DNA of 64,000 nt from the NCBI RefSeq assembly GCF_052425735.1, contig NC_135761.1, positions 35,216,001 through 35,280,000 of the forward strand. Reading direction: 5' to 3'. The stretch is from Oculina patagonica (Eukaryota). Both the position numbers and the translations under genes were made by a program. Position 1 is the first letter of the stretch. The number at the start of each line of letters is the position of its first letter. The notes under the pieces are model-generated. The model made no database searches. It was not told the DNA's origin and saw only the letters and a program-made list of their open reading frames with translations. Of the stretch, positions 13,179-23,639 are shown piece by piece.

Positions 13179-14139
13179 ACAAACACCTAGAAAGAATGTT
13201 TAGCTAGTTAACAAACAAGCTCAAAAAAGTCGGCGATTCATAACAAAGCGTTTCACGGCTTGCGTCGCGCTTTGTGATTTAATTTCGCTAACTGATACAA
13301 TTTAAACATCTCTGCATGCAGCTACTGTCATGTTTGTTTGCATTTTGCTAAGCTTCTCCTAGTGAATTGACACCTCACAAAGTGCAAAATGCAAATTTCG
13401 CTTCATTCCTTTTTGCCGTCGCCTCACAAAAGCGGCCAAGGTACCGGTCGGCGAAATGTTGTTTATTTTGCAAAAATATCTTATCATCAGCCCTGTTCTT
13501 CAAGTGCGACAGGGAGTTTTAATTTCCTTCCGAATTTTGTCAAACTGAAACAAATTTGACAATAGAAACTGTATTAGTATCGTGTCAAGATCACACACGT
13601 TAGAATGGAGCAATAGCCGCCGAGCCTGAATTTACAGTGTCAATAGATTTCTTTTGTGACGTAATAACCACCGCGGTTAACAACTCGGTATTTTTAATAA
13701 AAACTTTGTTTTCAATGTTTTTACTCTAAATTGTGGGAAATTGCGCTGATGACATTATTGCTTTCAGTAATTCTTTAGTTCATTGTTTATGTAAAAATTG
13801 TTCAATAATAGTAAATACATATTACTTTGGATGAGTGTGTACTTCAGGACCGTGATATTTGTAAGAAGACTGCTTTGAAACATATCCGCGGCGTGACTTT
13901 GCCAGACTGTTCAATGCTCGCAAAACATCTTCATACAGGTTGGCTTGTGGTGACGTTTTTTTGACTTCTGTAACTGTGTTTGTGAATGTCAAATGTCGAT
14001 TATATTGAGTATTAAGTATACAGCTAGTATCCCCGAGCATTTCAACCGTACGCAACCCACCGGGCAATGACTACACCATAACACCGAGAACACCATGCCC
14101 TACTTTTTATGATACGCGTGTGGGTTATTTAACATCTCC

Positions 14140-15318
14140 TGTGACTTCTGTAAAGACCTCTAAAAACATCAGCGAGGTTGACTTCTCTCAGTTTAGATCT
14201 TGCAAAACATCAGCGATGTCTCTGTGACTTCTGTTCAGATCTTGCAAAACATCAGTGATGTCTTTGTGACTTCTGTTTAGATCTTGCAAAACATCAGCGA
14301 TGTCTTTGTGACTTCCGTTTAGATCTTGCAAAACATCAGTGATGTCTTTGTGACTTCTGTTTATTTTTGGTCTTTGTGACTTCTGTTTATTTAGATCTTG
14401 CAAAACATCAGTGATGTCTTTGTGACTTCTGTTTATTTTTGGTCTTTGTGACTTCTGTTTATTTAGATCTTGCAAAACATCAGTGATGTCTTTGTGACTT
14501 CTGTTTATTTAGATCTTGCAAAACATCAGTGATGTCTTTGTGACTTCTGTTTAGATCTTGCAAAACATTGGCGATGTCTTTGTGACTTCCGCTTAGATCT
14601 TGCAAAACATCAGCGATGTCTTTGTGACTTCTGTTCAGATCTTGCAAAACATTGGCGATGTCTTTGTGACTTCTGTTTAGATCTTGCAAAACATCGTCAA
14701 TGTCTTTTTAACTAGCTTCTGTTTAGATCCTGGAAAACATTTTTGGTTGGTTGGTGTTTGTTGTTAGATAAGGTTGTGCGAAATAATTTTTTAGATCTTG
14801 CAAAACATCAGTGATGTCTCTGTGACTTCTGTTTATTCAGATCTTGCAAAACATCAGTGATGTCTCTGTGACTTCTGTTTATTCAGATCTTGCAAAACAT
14901 CAGCGATGTCTTTGTGACTTCTGTTTAGATCTTGCAAAACATCAGCGATGTCTTTGTGACTTCTGTTTAGATCTTGCAAAACATCAGTGATGTCTTTGTG
15001 ACTTCTGTTTATTTTTGGTCTTTGTGACTTCTGTTTAGATCTTGCAAAACATCAGTGATGTCTTTGTGACTTCTGTTTAGATCTTGCAAAACATTGGCGA
15101 TGTCTTTGAGACTTTCGCTTAGATCTTGCAAAACATCAGCAATGTCTTTGTGACTTCTGTTCAGATCTTGCAAAACATTGGCGATGTCTTTGTGACTTCT
15201 GTTTAGATCTTGCAAAACATCGCCAATGTCTTTTTAACTAGCTTCTGTTTAGATCCTGGAAAACATTTTTGGTTGGTTGGTGTTTGTTGTTAGATAAGGT
15301 TGTGCGAAATAATTTTTA
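14140..15318. repeat. 42-bp minisatellite with higher-order duplication
   Basis: Unit ttagatcttgcaaaacatcagtgatgtctttgtgacttctgt. Two blocks each end in the same ~90-bp tail (14700-14792 and 15227-15317). Confidence 0.95.
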
Positions 15319-15389
15319 AGATTGATGTAATATTTTTAAGAAGGGAAGTGATACGCTTATAGGTTTCCATTATCCGATGGTTATTTTTT

Positions 15390-16365
15390 TAAATTACAGG
15401 TTTATCTTTGAAACATCCTTCATCTGACTTGGAATACGAAACTATAGAGTTATCGGTTTTACGTGTTTGAAATAAGGTAAGAAAAATTAATTTAATATTC
15501 CTTGCAAGGTAGCCCATAGTAAACTGAGAAAAATCGAAAGTGGTTTGCGCAAAGGTTCTTTTTCTGACATTATTTTTGTCATTTTTTTACAGTTTTAACT
15601 TTGAATCAAGCAGCAATTTACCTGGAACGTAAAGCTGAATTTTGAGTATTGGAGAGAGTACAGTGGATACAAGGTAAGAATAGTTAGTAAACTTCTCTTT
15701 GCATGGTAGCCCATAGAAATCAAAACATGATGCCCATATACTAGGTGTCTTTTCCGATAGAAAATTGATTTAAATCAATGGAAAGTGATGCCCATATAGG
15801 TTCCTTTTTAATAGTTTTTTTTTTTTTGGTTTCCTTTTTAACAGATTTAACTTCGAATTAAACATCAACTAACCTGAAACGCAAAGCTACAGATGTTGGT
15901 ATTGAAGGATGCACATTAGATACAAGGTAAAAAAAGTTTATTAAAAGTGATTATAAAAAGGAAATTGATGCATGCATAGGTGCCTTGACGATGGAAAAGG
16001 ATACGTGTATTTTTGGATACTGACGATTTCACTTCGTTACAGGTTTATTCTGAAATCACCTTCAGCTACCCTGGAAAGCGAGGCGAGCGTTGTTGGTTTT
16101 AAGGACAGTATACTGGAGGTATGGTTAGATAAAATCATGAAACATTTCATACGTTTCTTCCATGGTAGCCCATATAAAGAAAAAAGGAAATTGATGGGTG
16201 CAAAGTTGCATTTGCTGATTGTAATTTTCTTTTCTCCATAACAGGCCTATCCTTGATTCAAGCTTGAACTAACTGGTATGCGAAGCTAGAGTTAATGGTA
16301 CCAAAGGCGGTATACTGGATATAAGGTAACAAAAGTGAAGTAACATTTCTTCCATTGTAGCCGAT
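15390..16365 (+). repeat. Five diverged tandem units, each shaped like an ~80-nt exon plus intron
   Basis: Each unit has (T)n-ACAG, then ~77-82 nt ending AAG|GTAA (ATG|GTTA in unit 4), then a conserved gtagcccata-like motif. Exon-like starts near 15400, 15593, 15845, 16043, 16244. Confidence 0.6.
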
Positions 16366-16983
16366 AAAAAACAGGTCCATGTTCTGCACCATTAATACTT
16401 ATTTTTTTGTCTTTCCGGGGTACATGTCAATTCTATAAGCTGAAGTGTGTTTTTTAGATTTTGGCCACCGACAAATGTCGTATCAGAACACTGAATGGGA
16501 ATCTACCTCTGTTTCTATGAGAACGCATGCCTAATTGCAACTTAACAAACTGAATGGGTTTCTTTATGACCGAATAGCTATCGGAAATTCCTCGGAAATC
16601 TGCAGCAATCCCCTAACAATTTTCGAATCGCATCAATAACCTTCAGAAATCACCCATTACAAGTTTATTGAATATATATTTATATAAAAAAGAATAAATG
16701 GAACGCTAAGAGATTTATCTTCTAGCTTCGAAATAGATTTGAGAACCTTAAGAACCTTAAGATAAATTGGATGTCTCCAAGCACTTACGTCAAAAGTGAC
16801 TATATTTGGCACTCTCTGTGATCTGTAAAGTTTCATTCTAGATACAGCCTTTAGAAATGGAATGAGAAATCTGACATTTCGCCATTTATTCACCACTGAA
16901 AGTAAAACAATTTGATTGGCATGCCACTTGTACAGTTGCTAGTTATACAAATGTAGTTAAACTTTTTATTACAGTACGTGACC

Positions 16984-18411
16984 ATGGAAGAGACAATCGT
17001 TTCCTGGCTAAATGTAAATTACGAAACTGGAAAAGACACAGATTTTATCCCTAAAGAAAGCTTATGGGATGAATTTGTCAATGAAAGAGTAGTCAACTTC
17101 AGCAGAGAAGAGTTTTTCACGCGTCTCGAGCGATGTATAGGTCAAAGTTCATTGAAGGGAATCAAGTCAACGCGCTGTAAAGGCAAAAGAAATGGCTACA
17201 AAGGCTTGCGAAAGAAACAGGGGCGAAACGAAGTACAAAGTTGTCACAGTGATTTCAATAGTAAGAAAAGAAACAAGGAAGAGAGTAGCAAAAGTAGAGG
17301 GGATGATGCTGAGGTTCCACCAGATGATAAATTAGAAGACAGTCAGTTCTCTTCAGAAAAAATGCGTGGGGTCTGTCAAGAAAACGCACATAAGGAAGAA
17401 GCTGGTACCTAAGAGAATAGCAGGCAAGATGGCAAGAAAGAAAGTAGCGTAGTTACACGGGATAATGCTGAGGTACCAACAAATGAAAATTTAGACGACC
17501 TGCAAATCTCTTCAGGAATAGATGGAGAAGCCTTCCAAGAAAACGCACTGAAAGACCAAGTGGATTGCTTGGGAGAAACCATTTTTGAAGATGTAGTCAC
17601 GGGCGCCGAAGCGTGGACTGATGATGAGAGCAATGATGATGATGAGGCTATTAAGTGCCAAAAATCGAAAAAGCGAAAACCAAGCAGCTCCAGTTCCTCC
17701 TCAAGTACACTGGGTTTGGGCTCTTCGAAGTCTTGGAAACGAAAAACCAGGCATCAAATCAAACGGAAGCCAGTTTTGGTTAGCTCGGAGGAGGAGGAAC
17801 ATTCTCCTGAAAGATTTTACCAAAACCACCACAGGAAATTTAAATGTCTTCTACCCAAGCATCTACCAAATCGTCCTAGGACGTTCCGTGATTATTTGTG
17901 CAGTATTCTGAAAATGCCAAAGACAGAAAATCCACGACGAATTGATATTCATAGCCATTCAGCTGGTGTAGTAACCAATGACAGTGCTCTTCGCCGATCG
18001 TTTATTGCTGCATCCTTCCCTCCTGTCAAAGTTGGTCAGGTAGCCGGTGTCGAGATAAAACATACCTTCCCCGGTGACATGTTTCCACAGTTTACTCATC
18101 ATGGGAAAAGTAATTATCATTGCGAGATATGCATCCCCTTCCAGAGGTGGGCCACGACAAACGGTGTGAAACATTCTGCGTTAAAGTCTAAGCAACTTAC
18201 CATCGACGACATAATAAATGACACTGCCATCTTGAATTTTTCTGGTGTGGTTCAGGTTCATGAGCACTCTAATTCTAAATCTCACCAAGAAGCCATTGAC
18301 TTTTTCAAACGAGATCTCACAGAAAAGGTTGCCAAGGCACATGGAGGAAAACCGGTGAACAAGGTAGTGACCATCACCGATTACTTTGGGTCAAAGAAGC
18401 CTTTAAACTGA
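16984..18411 (+). CDS. ORF-A of large transposase gene: RFX-like winged helix, acidic duplicated repeat, C2H2-like Zn finger, PIP-like motif; one in-frame TAA at 17410
   Basis: ATG in accATGg just after acceptor ttttattacag (16974). WLNVNYE...IPKESLWDEF...FFTRL...KGKRNGYKGLRKK resembles the RFX wHTH. YHCEIC...HEHSNSKSHQEAI is the Zn finger; VTITDYFGSKK is PIP-like. ORFs 16978 and 17560 are in the same frame, separated by a single TAA. Confidence 0.65.
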
Positions 18412-18491
18412 GTACGACCTCTGGTTCCACTGAAGACGATAACAAACCACGCAGTGTCAGGTGTCTTTATTACTGGGATCCAGAGGTCGTA
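18402..18491 (+). promoter_or_regulatory. Candidate -1 programmed ribosomal frameshift signal (T TTA AAC slippery heptamer + downstream stem-loop)
   Basis: ORF-A ends cct tta aac tga, giving X XXY YYZ in the correct phase (18402-18408). tacgacctctgg (18413-18424) pairs perfectly with ccagaggtcgta (18480-18491). The -1 frame is open from 18300 to 23639. Confidence 0.75.
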
Positions 18492-21400
18492 AAACATTTC
18501 GAAAATGACAAACAAATTAGACGCACCACATCTCAATCGCTGTTCAAGAAAAGGCTTTATGAAGGTGTCGTACGATGCTACAAAGACTCCGTAAATCATA
18601 AGCAGTGTTACAGGTACAAGGATTGGACGAAAAAACATCCAGGGGAGCGAAAACTCCTTGTGGAAGAAGCAAGCAAACACCCAAAATCGGTGTACATTCC
18701 ACTTCAGGAAACGATTAGAGTCCACGGAAAGGCCATCGCGGTAACCGGAGGTATCAAAAGCCTAGATCCTCCATGCTTAGAGAAAGCAATGTCGCATGGC
18801 AAATATCCATTCACTTGCTCAAACTGTGCCAGACAGGATAGAGATTTGAAGAATACTCTTCAGCACCGACACGGTGGAAGTCTCAAAGATAACAAGAACC
18901 GAATTGGTCTAAGCGGTTTCAACAAACGGTACGCCAGAAAAGGTGAGATAGACGATGCCCTTGAAAAAGCAGAATATGGCCGCAGATCTGCACAAAAGAA
19001 AATAAAGGAAATGGCCAAGGTTAAACTTGCCCCAAGGGAGATTGAGGACTGTTTGCTTGACTCTTGTATCGCTGGAGACGAGCAAAAACTCGTCATCGAC
19101 CTGGTTCGTTTGTTAAAATCAGATATGGCAAAAAGAAAGCCAGTGCAAATCCTTGTGTTGCAAAATTTGGTCTCAAAGCTACTCAAGAACAATAACCATC
19201 ACTACGCTTCATTAATCAAAGATTTCAGTGCACTATTTAAGAATGAGCTGGGTCCAACCAATTACTCGCTCTTAGCAGAAGCTTTTGGCCTAGCTCGGGC
19301 AACAACAGCAGCAAGCCATGGCTCTGAAACGCGTCTTGATCCTGGTATCAACAATGAGGCCCTTGAGACGGCTGCAAATCTTTTCAAGAAATTGCCTGTA
19401 AACGAAGCAAGTGATGGAGCACGGGCACTCAGATTTTTGCAAGCACGAAAGAACGCCAATGGAGAGGTCATGCTAGTTGGTCAAGGGTGGGACCCGAATG
19501 TTCAACGCTGGAATCTTCAAGAAGTTCCACTCCCCAGGAAAGATGCTAAGAAGGGCGACAAAGATGACTTTACAGCTCTCAAACGGTACATTGACAATGT
19601 TATCGAACATGATTCCCTCGCCAAGACAGTATCGATACATAATCTTAACTGCCTAACGTCTATGGAACAACCCTCCATCATTTACTGTTTGTGGCCAACT
19701 AAAGACAAGGGGTATACTGGAAAGCACCTGCTCAATTATTGGCAAGAGTTACGAAGATTGTGTTATTACAACGAGAAAGGAGAAGTCAGAGAAGAGCCAA
19801 TACATTTGCTGGGCTATTCTACTGACTCTGCTGGGTTCTCACTATCTGCGGCTGTTCATTTAATGACCCCACGTGCAGAAGATATTGCCAATGGTGTTCG
19901 TTATCTTGGACTGGGTGTTGAAGATGAGAAATTTATGTCTCCTTATTACTGGTTTCTGCCTGCAATCTGTTTCCTAGATTATGATCACGAACAGAGGCTG
20001 TTTCTCAAAAATCTGAAGTACGAGACAAGGGAGCTAACGTTTTGGAAAGAAGAGGATTCTACCACTCGAATGGCTTCAATTCAACATTTGAAAGATCTCA
20101 GACAGCGATGCCAAGAGAAAGGGTTGGATTCCGGTCTCAAAGCAACCGACCTTATTCTGATCTATTTTTGCGATCAGAACTCAGATGCCTGTGAACGCTT
20201 ATTCACAGAACGGATTGCTGACCTTCTTGACACCCACGTAAATGGCTCACAGGGCACCAGCCTCTATATCCGCTCCGTGTTTCATTTGATCCAACCTTTC
20301 AGAAAACCTGATTTTGGTTCACCGTTTGATGTCCAGAAGTCTGTGTCCTGTGGCATAACTATATTGCGTTTGTGGAGAAAAGTCGTTGAGCTTCAAAAGC
20401 GACTCCTTCATTCAAAACCTGGTGCCAAGAAGATACCAGCAAACAGAGGACATTATATTACCCGTGGATGTTATCTCACTGCGGAAGTCTTATTTGCAGC
20501 GGCCACCCTACATCAACTTGCGATGTTTCTGCACTTTCCCAACGAAGCCGAAGCATGGGCTTCACCTCACAACTCGGGAACGAAAACAACGGAGAGAATT
20601 ATAAGCGAACTACAAGGAAAAACAACAGAATTACAGTCTCTAGATTCGCAGCCAACGTTTGGTGACATGCTTGACAAGAGTGGGAAGGTGCAGTTTAATT
20701 TAAATGCCAAGAGAAGAATTGCAGCAGCCGGCATAAACGTGAAATCGTCTTCAAAGAGGAAGCAAATGGCATTTGCATTCAAGCCCTGTGGGCGACCTAG
20801 AGAATCAGCAGGTCTCCACGAGTTCACATCATACACAGCTTTCAGAGAGATGCAGAAAAAAGCACACCATGAAGGGGTGAGAGATGGGCAAGACCTTTTC
20901 GAAAAATACATGCCTCGGTCATGTGTTGACCTCCTCAAGGAGAATGACAGTTGGGACTTTCCCTACAAATTCAACCATCCAAGTGACTTGCAGCTGTGTG
21001 ATGGAGACCTTCCAGAGAATTACAACAAACTTGATTTGGACGTAAGTGCAGGATCTCTTGTTGAAGATATTGCACTTGAATTGTCGAAGGATCAAGATGA
21101 AGACGACTGTGTTACAACCTCAACCGATTCTCTACTTGACCTAGAGCAGGAAGACCTGGAACAAGAACTAGATGCAGATTCAAAAAGCGAAAAATGGATG
21201 ATTTCAAAGATGGAGCAGGGAAAGCTGAGTAACATCCATATTAGTCAAGCAATTAAAATCTTATTGCCAAGAGAGTATATCGCAAGATGCCGGCAGAAAA
21301 GACACTGGGCTGCCAAGTATTTACCTGGTAAGGAACCTCTAAATCCCGAGCACGATATATTCGTTTTTGGAAATGTTGCTCTAAAGAGAAAGAAGGAAGG

Positions 21401-23639
21401 TGTCAACACATTTTTAATATCACGTGTGGAAAGAATTGAGTCAATCAAAGATGGAGCAGAGGTATTAAGCTTTAAGCTTAAAAACAGTCCACAAGTACGA
21501 TTACGTTGTGCCTTGTATGCCCGTGTTACGTGTGATGATGCTGATGACGAATACCAAGTGGGAGATGAAATAGTGTTGACGCCTTGGAGATCACCTTCTG
21601 GAATTTTGGGTCCAGTTCAATTGCTTCCCATTGCAGAAAAACCAGGTGGCTACTTGTTACACGAAGAATCGAAGAAGTGGCTAAAGAGTGTAGGCTATGT
21701 TCCATTTGATGAAAACATCAATAAAAGAGAAGAAGTTGCTGAAATATCTTCCCATGAACAGGAACTTGAAGAAGGATTTTACGAAGTAGAAGACGTGCTG
21801 GAAAGAAGGCTGTGTAAAGACATGACGTATCAATTTCACGTCAGATTCAAGGGTTACGGACCAGAAGATGATATGTGGTTGCCAGCATCAGCATTTAACA
21901 GATCAGTGGCTTTCGAGTCAACATCACGCTTTGGAAGAAAGCGGAAACACAGGACTGACGAGACATCCCTTTTGCTTAATACAAGCAAAGACGAAACCTG
22001 TAGGGAAACACAAAGATCATCTAAACGAATGAAGGACGGGGAGAATACAAAGACAAAAAATGATAAAGCTCACAACAGCCAAGCAGACCGAGAATCTACA
22101 CCGCCGCTCAAACATAGTTCATCAAAACGCAAGGGACAGCAGGAACTACCAAAGAAGAAGGAGAAGAAGACAAACGTGGCAAAAGGGAAAGGCTTTCGCC
22201 AAAGTCTTCTAAATTCACAGGGCGGCAAGATCACTGAAAGTGAAACAATGGACAAATCCCCCGACCATGCTAGTGAAGAAGAGTACGCTCACCACAGCCA
22301 TGCAGACCGAGAATCTACACCGCTGTTCAAAGATAGCTTATCAAAACGCAAGGGACAAAAGGCGCTGTCGAAGAAGAAGGGGGAAAACATAGCAAAAGGG
22401 AAACACTTTCGCCAGAGTTGTCCAGATTCACAAGGCGGCAAGATCAATGAAAATGAATCAATGGACAAATCCTCCGATCATGCTATCACCCTCTCTAGCG
22501 ACGAAGAGAACGAAGAGTTAATGAAAACGCCATCCTTTAGCTATGATGTGAGGTATTGGACTTTAGAAGACCTCAGGTGCCGAGATGACAACTTCGCAAC
22601 CCCACGTAGGCAATTAGCTAAGGCAGAACTTCCAACTGTTGACAGAGGTATTCAACATTACAGTATCAAATCCTTTACAAGTAAGAACAATGTAAAGCCT
22701 CAAGATCCTCTTGCTGTTGATAGAGTTCCTCCAATGTCTGTGTTGGATCAGTCTATGGAGGCACTTCGTGAAATAGTGAACAAGAAGGCAAGACAGAAAC
22801 GAAATGACTACGTCATAGAATATCAACACTATGGATGCTTCACACTAGAAGGATTGCGAATACTCAGTAGGTACAACACAATACGAAGTGTGGCTAGACA
22901 AGTACCTGAAGAAATAAGGTGGATGACAACGGCCTTTGAAACATTTCCTGAGATGGACAGGACGTTGGTGGCTGGAGCCTTGCTTGACCGGTGGAATACA
23001 AGTGGCAACCTGCTGGTGGATTTTAAAGGCTATAAGATAACTTCGCAGGATTTGTCCGTTTTATGCTGCGAGCGATACCTGAATGACGAGGTAATGAACT
23101 TACTTATTATCAAGTACTGTGAAGAGGCAAATAAGCGTCGTCAAGGAGAAGTCTTCACCATGCTACCCAGTTATGTGACATCACTCTTTGGAACTAACGC
23201 AATCCACCAAGTTTGCGCGAATGTTGATATGAGCAAGGTAGATATAGTATTTCTTCCTATGCATCTACACGGTTGTCACTGGGGACTTGCTGTTTTCTAT
23301 GTCAAGAAGCAGGAGGTGCAGTTTGACGACGGCTATCATTGCCCGATCACTAACGAGATGGAAAGCACCATCAACGGTATCTTAAGAACTTTCCACCAAG
23401 CTACCAGCCTGCCGTGTTTTGAACCCTCTTGTTGGAGTGGAGTTCAAAGATTCAAAATACCAATGCCAGATCAGCCTGCAGTCTCTGCAAGTTTTCTAAA
23501 TGGTACAGGCAGTTGTGGGGTTGGAGTTTTGTGTTGTGTGCGAGACATTTGTAACGGGTTTCGTGAAGCATTCACATGGACCTTTGATGATGCCCCGCAT
23601 CTACGAGCTCAGCTTATGGTGGAATTGTTGAAAGCATAA
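18408..23639 (+). CDS. ORF-B: P-element-superfamily-like DDE transposase fused to chromodomain and Ulp1/SENP (C48) protease
   Basis: 1743 uninterrupted codons. Motifs EASDG, YSTDSAG, DYDHEQRLFLKN (DxxH), DQNSDACERLF and SGTKTTERIISELQG parallel P-element transposase motifs. Chromodomain YEVEDVLERR...FHVRFKGYGPEDDMWLPASAF (~21780-21900). Ulp1 YLNDEVMN...HWGLAVF...FDDG...PDQ...GSCGVGV (~23030-23636). ~70-aa internal duplication at 22068-22490. Element termini not found. Confidence 0.8.
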   Translation: MSTTSGSTEDDNKPRSVRCLYYWDPEVVKHFENDKQIRRTTSQSLFKKRLYEGVVRCYKDSVNHKQCYRYKDWTKKHPGERKLLVEEASKHPKSVYIPLQETIRVHGKAIAVTGGIKSLDPPCLEKAMSHGKYPFTCSNCARQDRDLKNTLQHRHGGSLKDNKNRIGLSGFNKRYARKGEIDDALEKAEYGRRSAQKKIKEMAKVKLAPREIEDCLLDSCIAGDEQKLVIDLVRLLKSDMAKRKPVQILVLQNLVSKLLKNNNHHYASLIKDFSALFKNELGPTNYSLLAEAFGLARATTAASHGSETRLDPGINNEALETAANLFKKLPVNEASDGARALRFLQARKNANGEVMLVGQGWDPNVQRWNLQEVPLPRKDAKKGDKDDFTALKRYIDNVIEHDSLAKTVSIHNLNCLTSMEQPSIIYCLWPTKDKGYTGKHLLNYWQELRRLCYYNEKGEVREEPIHLLGYSTDSAGFSLSAAVHLMTPRAEDIANGVRYLGLGVEDEKFMSPYYWFLPAICFLDYDHEQRLFLKNLKYETRELTFWKEEDSTTRMASIQHLKDLRQRCQEKGLDSGLKATDLILIYFCDQNSDACERLFTERIADLLDTHVNGSQGTSLYIRSVFHLIQPFRKPDFGSPFDVQKSVSCGITILRLWRKVVELQKRLLHSKPGAKKIPANRGHYITRGCYLTAEVLFAAATLHQLAMFLHFPNEAEAWASPHNSGTKTTERIISELQGKTTELQSLDSQPTFGDMLDKSGKVQFNLNAKRRIAAAGINVKSSSKRKQMAFAFKPCGRPRESAGLHEFTSYTAFREMQKKAHHEGVRDGQDLFEKYMPRSCVDLLKENDSWDFPYKFNHPSDLQLCDGDLPENYNKLDLDVSAGSLVEDIALELSKDQDEDDCVTTSTDSLLDLEQEDLEQELDADSKSEKWMISKMEQGKLSNIHISQAIKILLPREYIARCRQKRHWAAKYLPGKEPLNPEHDIFVFGNVALKRKKEGVNTFLISRVERIESIKDGAEVLSFKLKNSPQVRLRCALYARVTCDDADDEYQVGDEIVLTPWRSPSGILGPVQLLPIAEKPGGYLLHEESKKWLKSVGYVPFDENINKREEVAEISSHEQELEEGFYEVEDVLERRLCKDMTYQFHVRFKGYGPEDDMWLPASAFNRSVAFESTSRFGRKRKHRTDETSLLLNTSKDETCRETQRSSKRMKDGENTKTKNDKAHNSQADRESTPPLKHSSSKRKGQQELPKKKEKKTNVAKGKGFRQSLLNSQGGKITESETMDKSPDHASEEEYAHHSHADRESTPLFKDSLSKRKGQKALSKKKGENIAKGKHFRQSCPDSQGGKINENESMDKSSDHAITLSSDEENEELMKTPSFSYDVRYWTLEDLRCRDDNFATPRRQLAKAELPTVDRGIQHYSIKSFTSKNNVKPQDPLAVDRVPPMSVLDQSMEALREIVNKKARQKRNDYVIEYQHYGCFTLEGLRILSRYNTIRSVARQVPEEIRWMTTAFETFPEMDRTLVAGALLDRWNTSGNLLVDFKGYKITSQDLSVLCCERYLNDEVMNLLIIKYCEEANKRRQGEVFTMLPSYVTSLFGTNAIHQVCANVDMSKVDIVFLPMHLHGCHWGLAVFYVKKQEVQFDDGYHCPITNEMESTINGILRTFHQATSLPCFEPSCWSGVQRFKIPMPDQPAVSASFLNGTGSCGVGVLCCVRDICNGFREAFTWTFDDAPHLRAQLMVELLKA

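Noticed and set aside
14140-15318. CRISPR-like array
   Set aside because: Units are contiguous with no unique spacers, there are no cas genes, and the context is eukaryotic.
17410-17412. Programmed stop-codon readthrough in ORF-A
   Set aside because: TAA followed by G with no evident readthrough context or structure; a nonsense mutation or sequencing error is simpler.
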